Below are positions 26,567-31,480 of a stretch of 31,480 nucleotides of DNA, in pieces. The notes below the pieces were generated by a model. That model made no database searches. It saw only the letters and a program-made list of their open reading frames with translations, and was not told the origin of the DNA. The DNA comes from Thermoanaerobaculia bacterium (GTDB lineage: Bacteria > Acidobacteriota > Thermoanaerobaculia > UBA5066 > Gp7-AA6): contig DASWDK010000176.1 of the NCBI GenBank assembly GCA_036395335.1, positions 1 through 31,480 on the forward strand. Direction: 5' to 3'. The position numbers and the translations under genes are program-made. The first letter of the stretch is position 1; the number at the start of each line of letters is the position of its first letter.

Positions 26567-27436
26567 ATGACGGCAGCGATCGATGCCTTCGGTCTGACGG
26601 ACGTCGGTCGCAAGCGCAAGCACAACGAGGATGCTTACGCCCTCGACGTGAACGAGGGACTCTTCATCGTCGCCGACGGCATGGGAGGCCACGCCGCGGG
26701 AGAAGTCGCCGCGAAAATCACAGTGGAGACGATCGGGGAGTTCATCGCGGCCACGCGCCAGAAAGAGGAGGCGACCTGGCCGTTCCGGTACGACCACCAG
26801 CTGGAGTTCAACAGCAACCGGCTGGCGATCGCGATCGAGAAGGCGAACGAAAGGGTCATGGCGGCCGTCGCGGCGCAGCCCTGGTTGAAGGGAATGGGAA
26901 CGACGGTCGTCGCCGGGCTCTTGAACGAGAAAACGCTGTCGCTCGCACACGTGGGAGACAGCCGTGCATACCTCTATCGGGACGGCACGCTGACCCGGCT
27001 GACCGACGACCACTCCTGGGTCCACGAGCAGGTCGAGGCGGGGATCCTGACGGAGGAGGAGGCGAAGTCCCACCCCTTGAAGAACGTGGTGACGCGTGCG
27101 CTCGGCGGAGGTCCGTCGGTGTCACCCGACCTGCAGGAGCTCTCGTTCCGGCCGGGCGACGAATTCATCTTCTGCTCCGACGGGCTCACGACGATGCTCT
27201 CCGACGAAGACATCCATGACACGGCGGAGAAGGAAAGAGCGCCCCAGAGCCTTTGCCGAAGGCTCGTGGACTCCGCAAACGAGCGCGGAGGGGTCGACAA
27301 CATCACGGTCGTGGTCGTGCGCGTGCCCGACTCGGCGAGTCCAAAGTCCTCCGACCCGGGTAACCCGAAGTCCAAAGCTCAAAGTAGCCCGCCGGGAGAC
27401 GGAAAACCTCCAACGCGGGAGCCCTCCGGTTCGTAA
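26567..27436 (+). CDS. PP2C/PPM-family Ser/Thr protein phosphatase (Stp1-like)
   Basis: TDVGRKRKHNED, VADGMGGHAAGEVA, GMGTT, HVGDSRAY, DHS, TRALG, CSDGL, GGVDNIT. Alternative ATGs at 26525 and 26552. Confidence 0.95.
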   Translation: MTAAIDAFGLTDVGRKRKHNEDAYALDVNEGLFIVADGMGGHAAGEVAAKITVETIGEFIAATRQKEEATWPFRYDHQLEFNSNRLAIAIEKANERVMAAVAAQPWLKGMGTTVVAGLLNEKTLSLAHVGDSRAYLYRDGTLTRLTDDHSWVHEQVEAGILTEEEAKSHPLKNVVTRALGGGPSVSPDLQELSFRPGDEFIFCSDGLTTMLSDEDIHDTAEKERAPQSLCRRLVDSANERGGVDNITVVVVRVPDSASPKSSDPGNPKSKAQSSPPGDGKPPTREPSGS

Positions 27437-27441
27437 AACGA

Positions 27442-27470
27442 TTGACGGGCCGAGGCTCGCCGACTATTCT
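27442..27470 (+). promoter_or_regulatory. Sigma70-type promoter
   Basis: TTGACG-N17-TATTCT, near-consensus with optimal spacing, 9 nt before ATG 27480. Confidence 0.75.
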
Positions 27471-27479
27471 AAAAAGCCC

Positions 27480-28931
27480 ATGCGGTCAGGAGATCGGGAA
27501 GGGCTGGCCCGCAAGTCACTGATTTTCAGCGTCTTGTGGAGCCTGGCCGCCATCGCTGTGCAGGCGCAGGTCGCCCCCGAGACCTCGCCGGATGCCCGCT
27601 GGATCCAGAGTCCTTATCGCAATTTCGGCGGGCCACAGACGCTTCTGCCCGGCCGGGCGGTCCTCTTCGACGAGGCGGAGGACCCGAGCTTGAGCGCCGC
27701 GCTTTCGGCAGAGCTCCGGTGGCTGTACGGGGATCTTTACGTCCGACAGGGCTGGCGGTACCCGTTCGCGGATGGCGACCCCGTCCGTGTCTTCGTCGCA
27801 CGCAAGGAGGCCGGGGGAATCCGCCAGCTGACGTCGCGGTCGGTGGAAGGTGGGCGCTTCGTCGCGCCGGCGGTGCTCCTCGATGCACACGGTCTGACCG
27901 CCCGGCAGATCGTTCGTGAAGTCGCGAGGCAAATCGTCCTCGCGACCCTGACGCGCTACGGGGTGAAGGACGGAACCTTCGTGACCGAGTCGGCGGCGGC
28001 CCTCGTCTCCGGTCCGGACGCGGAAGAGGAACACGAGGCGGCGCTCGTCGTCGCGGCGGGGCCGGAGCTCTCCGTCGAGAAGAGTCCCGCGGTTCTCGGC
28101 CGCTTCTATCTGGAAGAGTTGACGCGCGGAGCCGGCCCCGGTGTCCTCCGCGCGGCGTGGGAAAGAGCCTCCGAATCGGGAGAGGCGATCCTGTCCGTCC
28201 TGCAGGGGACATATGCAGAACAGAACGGCGAGTCCGAAGAGGAAGGGCTCATCCGGTTCGGGGCGCGTCTCTTCGCGACGGTCGAGCCGGAGGCGGCGCC
28301 CTCGCGGGTGAGCCTTCTCGACCTGGAGTCGGGAGCCCTCGACGCAGCGGCTCCCGTCGGCCTCACGTTGAGACACAGGACCTTCATTCCGGTCGACGGC
28401 GCCTCGGCGCTGCGCGTTTCCTGGCCGGAGGATGGCGCGTCGGGAGCCGCCGTCGTGCGGTACCGCGATGCCGCGCTCCCGCCGGATGTTCTCTTCTTCT
28501 CGGGGGGGGACGTTCGGACGGTCCCGCTCGGAGGAGTCGCGAGGGTGGACTGGGTAGTGGCGGGACGTTCCGTGGGTGGCGCTCTCCGCGCGCCGGCAGC
28601 CGTCGAGGCGGCTCCCGCCTTCCCCTACAGCGGCCTGATCGCACACTCCGCGGGAGGCCCGGACGGGCCCCGGATCTGGTGGAACACGGCTTCGCACGAA
28701 GGACTCGCCGGGTGGGCGATCTTCCGCGAGGAAGTCCTGCCCGACGGCCGGATCGCGCGCACCGGTCCGGAGATTCTTCCGTCGTCGAACCGCGCGGAGG
28801 AGTCTTTCGCCTACGCGTATCTCGATCCCGGTGCGAATCCCGACACCTTCTACCGCTACACGGTCTGGGCGGTAACAGAGGACGGGCTGCTCTCCCGAGC
28901 GTTCTCCGTGACTCTTCGGACGCCCGAGTAA
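27480..28931 (+). CDS. Hypothetical exported protein (possible degenerate zincin-like domain plus C-terminal Ig/FN3-like domain)
   Basis: Signal-peptide-like RKSLIFSVLWSLAAIAVQA; C-terminal IWWNTASHEGLAGWAIFRE...YAYLD....YRYTVWAV beta-sandwich pattern; strong promoter immediately upstream. Confidence 0.75.
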   Translation: MRSGDREGLARKSLIFSVLWSLAAIAVQAQVAPETSPDARWIQSPYRNFGGPQTLLPGRAVLFDEAEDPSLSAALSAELRWLYGDLYVRQGWRYPFADGDPVRVFVARKEAGGIRQLTSRSVEGGRFVAPAVLLDAHGLTARQIVREVARQIVLATLTRYGVKDGTFVTESAAALVSGPDAEEEHEAALVVAAGPELSVEKSPAVLGRFYLEELTRGAGPGVLRAAWERASESGEAILSVLQGTYAEQNGESEEEGLIRFGARLFATVEPEAAPSRVSLLDLESGALDAAAPVGLTLRHRTFIPVDGASALRVSWPEDGASGAAVVRYRDAALPPDVLFFSGGDVRTVPLGGVARVDWVVAGRSVGGALRAPAAVEAAPAFPYSGLIAHSAGGPDGPRIWWNTASHEGLAGWAIFREEVLPDGRIARTGPEILPSSNRAEESFAYAYLDPGANPDTFYRYTVWAVTEDGLLSRAFSVTLRTPE

Positions 28932-29069
28932 TCCGGCGGGATTGGAGTCCTCCCGGCCGACGGAGGCGCGCAACAGGTTCTCGCCATCCGGATCTCCGGA
29001 AAGTGTGCTCCTGCCGCACGAGTCGGCGCGGGCCAGCCCCGCCGGTCCGGAAGCGATTTGGAGTTTTCG

Positions 29070-29831
29070 ATGCGACCCACTAGAAAAGTCCGGCGGGAAC
29101 CGGATGTCGGGAAAATCATCGATCGCACGATCGTCCGGCTCTGGGACACGATCGAGGAGCTGGAGGAGCTGAACCCGGCCGAGCTGCGCTTCTATCGCGT
29201 AGCCGTGTTCGGAAGCGCGCGAATTCAGGCGGGGGATCGCGAGTACCTCGAGGTCCGGGATCTCGCATCACGGTTGACGGAGCTCGGGTGCGACATCGTG
29301 ACAGGCGGCGGACCGGGCCTCATGGAAGCCGCCAACGAGGGCGCGGCGTCTTCCCGGGGCACGCGCAAGACCCGGTCGTTCGGCTTGACGATATCGATCC
29401 CTTACGAGAAGGCGAATCCCTACCTCGACACGGTCACCGCGCACCGCACGTTCTTTTCCCGGTTGCACCACTTCGTGCGGATGTCCCAGGCGTTCGTCAT
29501 TTTTCCGGGAGGAGTCGGCACGAGCCTCGAGCTCTTCATGGTCTGGCAACTGCTGCAGGTCGGGTTCTTGACCGAACGGCCCGTCGTGCTCGTCGGGGAC
29601 ATGTGGCGCGGGCTCCTGGACTGGATGCGCCACGAGATGGTCTCGAGGCACCTGATGAACGCGAGCGACCTCGAGCTGGTGTCGCTCGCGACTTCGATCG
29701 ATCAGGCGATCGCGCGAATCGAACGGCACAAGGAGCGGTTCGACGCCGCGCGCGAGGAGATCATTCTCGAGCGCCGCCGCGCCGCGCGAGCCCAGGACGC
29801 ACCTCCTTCCGTGGAGCCGGTCGCCCGCTAG
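29070..29831 (+). CDS. LOG-family (Rossmann-fold) nucleotide phosphoribohydrolase
   Basis: VAVFGSAR, TGGGPGLMEAANEG, FFSR...F, FPGGVGTSLELF. GGAG lies 6 nt before ATG 29070. Confidence 0.9.
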   Translation: MRPTRKVRREPDVGKIIDRTIVRLWDTIEELEELNPAELRFYRVAVFGSARIQAGDREYLEVRDLASRLTELGCDIVTGGGPGLMEAANEGAASSRGTRKTRSFGLTISIPYEKANPYLDTVTAHRTFFSRLHHFVRMSQAFVIFPGGVGTSLELFMVWQLLQVGFLTERPVVLVGDMWRGLLDWMRHEMVSRHLMNASDLELVSLATSIDQAIARIERHKERFDAAREEIILERRRAARAQDAPPSVEPVAR

Positions 29832-30267
29832 GAGCGGACCGGCGCCCACGACGGCGCGCGAGCTGCTCGCGGACGATTCGCCCGTGGTCGAACGCGAGCT
29901 CGAGCCCCCGGAGATCCTTTCGCGTGAACCACCGCGCGTCGCACGCGTCGTCTCCTGCTCGGACGGTCCCGCCGATCGAGGTCGCAGCGTAGAGAACGCT
30001 GACGGAGTGGCCGCGCGGATCGCGCTTCGGATCGGAATAAACACCGAGCACGGCTCCGATCCGTGCCCGGACTCCAGTTTCCTCTTCGACCTCGCGCGCA
30101 CAGGCGACTTCCGTCGACTCGCCCAACTCGCAGAAGCCCCCGGGAAGCGCCCAGCTTCCTTGGAAGGGGGGCCGTCCACGGCGAACGAGGAGCAGTCTTC
30201 CGCGGCCGTCGCGGACCCAGGCGTCGACGGTCAGTCGGGGCCCTCTCGGGGCGCTCCGTCGACTCAG
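29761..30267 (-). CDS. Nudix hydrolase (ADP-ribose pyrophosphatase-like); probable CTG start
   Basis: LTVDA...LLLVRRG.PPFQGSWALPGGFCELGESTEVACAREVEEETG (Nudix box), GVYSDPKRDPRGH, LAFDH. Confidence 0.88.
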   Translation of the reverse strand: MSRRSAPRGPRLTVDAWVRDGRGRLLLVRRGRPPFQGSWALPGGFCELGESTEVACAREVEEETGVRARIGAVLGVYSDPKRDPRGHSVSVLYAATSIGGTVRAGDDACDARWFTRKDLRGLELAFDHGRIVREQLARRRGRRSAPSGRPAPRKEVRPGLARRGGARE

Positions 30268-31480
30268 GACCGGCTCTCTCCCATGTCGAAGAAATCCCGG
30301 ATCTCCTGGGCCGGCCGGCGCGAAGCGAGCTCCGCAGGGGCCTCCTCGTACCAATCCCGGGGAATCCGGCTGACGTAAGGCTCTTCGAGGAAGCGCCGGC
30401 AGAGGAGGGCGATGACGCCGCGATCGGTCTCGCTGCGGATCAGCCTTCCGGCCGCCTGGACGACTCGAGTCATCCCCGGCTGAAGGTAGGCATAGTCGAA
30501 GCCCGCCTCTTCCTGCTCCTCGAAGTAGCGCCGGAGCAGCTCTCGCTCGAACGACACCCGAGGGAGAGCAGGGGAGACGACGAAGACGCCGGAGAGAACG
30601 TCACCGGGGTAGTCGACGCCCTCGGCGTACATTCCTCCCGAGACCGCGAAGAGAAGAATTCCTTCGGGGGGCGGCGAAGTGAGCGCTTCGAGCACTCGCT
30701 GCCGCTCGAACTCCGAGAAATCGGTCCGTTGGAGCAGCAGCCTCGCACGGGTCGGCGGCATTCGCTGCGCGACCTCCGCGAGGAACCGGTAGGAGGGGAA
30801 GAGAACGAGGTCGTTGCCCGCGTGAGCATCCGACATTTCGCCGAGCAGACCGGCGATCCGACCATAGTTTCTCTCCCGCGAGGCAAACGTCGTCCGGACC
30901 TCCGGGACGATCATGATTTTGCGGTTCTCCCTGGGGAAGGGGGGCGGGAGCGAGATCGTCGCGGTTCGGTTCTCGGGAAGACCCAGGAGGCGCGCGACGG
31001 CGGAATGCGGGGTGAGCGTCGCCGACATCAGGATGGCCGACGACGCCGCCCGGAAGATCGGTCCCACCGCCCGCGCCGGGTCGAGGCACACGAGAGCAAG
31101 GCGGACACCCGCCGCGCGCCGCTCGACGATGCAGGTGAATTCCGGGCCGTACAGGTTGAGAACCGCCGCGAATCGCACCAGCCCGAAGTGAAGGTCGAGA
31201 ATCGGGTCGTCGGGAAGGGCGACCTTCGCCTCGCGCTTCCAGTCGAGGTAGCGCAGAAGTCGCGGCTCCCATTCGCCGAGCCATTCGAGGATCTCTTCCG
31301 CGGGCGCGGAGATCTCGGCGATCGCCTCGCCTTCGGGAAGGTCGGCGGCGAGCCGCTCGAGGAAGGACTGGAGCGTCTCGACGACCGCCGACAGATCGGC
31401 GAACAGATCTCCGGACCGCAGGACGAGCTGGTTGTGGAGGGCTTGCACGTCTTCCCCGAGGATCTCCGGTGAGAAGATTT
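30264..31480 (-). CDS. DinG/Rad3(XPD)-family ATP-dependent DNA helicase, 5' partial
   Basis: Open to the window edge. LMSATL, LVLFPSY, GGMYAEGVDYPG, QAAGRLIRSETDRG (helicase C2 motifs). Confidence 0.92.
   Translation of the reverse strand, partial: IFSPEILGEDVQALHNQLVLRSGDLFADLSAVVETLQSFLERLAADLPEGEAIAEISAPAEEILEWLGEWEPRLLRYLDWKREAKVALPDDPILDLHFGLVRFAAVLNLYGPEFTCIVERRAAGVRLALVCLDPARAVGPIFRAASSAILMSATLTPHSAVARLLGLPENRTATISLPPPFPRENRKIMIVPEVRTTFASRERNYGRIAGLLGEMSDAHAGNDLVLFPSYRFLAEVAQRMPPTRARLLLQRTDFSEFERQRVLEALTSPPPEGILLFAVSGGMYAEGVDYPGDVLSGVFVVSPALPRVSFERELLRRYFEEQEEAGFDYAYLQPGMTRVVQAAGRLIRSETDRGVIALLCRRFLEEPYVSRIPRDWYEEAPAELASRRPAQEIRDFFDMGESRS

Noticed and set aside
1-31480. tRNA, rRNA, IS, prophage or defence genes
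   Set aside because: All intergenic gaps are under 200 bp and explained by promoters or terminators. No cloverleaf, transposase, integrase or composition shift was seen.

Overview
High-GC bacterial chromosomal window, densely coding, with no mobile elements, CRISPR arrays or stable RNA genes that I can support. The gene set and order suggest Acidobacteriota, which is inference. From left to right: (1) the 3' end of a secreted BNR/VPS10-type glycosyl-hydrolase-like gene and a GT-C (PIG-B/Alg9-like) membrane glycosyltransferase; (2) a minus-strand run of small membrane protein - thiE-like - MscS/cNMP channel - acpS - ileS - lspA - lgt - RluA-family synthase; (3) a FecR/DUF6600-type exported protein with its own terminator and an apparent sigma54 promoter; (4) def - cysS; (5) a Trp-codon leader peptide plus attenuator ahead of an aroD-aroE fusion and a complete trpE-G-D-C-F-B-A operon, in which trpE has a 1-nt frameshift and trpG appears to start at CTG; (6) two paralogous helical-repeat genes flanking rodZ, then a J-domain/TPR protein and a PP2C phosphatase; (7) an uncharacterised exported protein and a LOG-family protein; (8) on the minus strand, a Nudix hydrolase and a partial DinG/Rad3-type helicase. 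The best second-look items are the apparently leaderless trp attenuator controlling aroDE+trp, the sigma54/IHF/UAS-like region before the DUF6600 gene, two CTGA-coupled CTG starts, and the helical-repeat/RodZ/J-TPR/PP2C module. All family calls are from motif recognition by eye; no searches were run.
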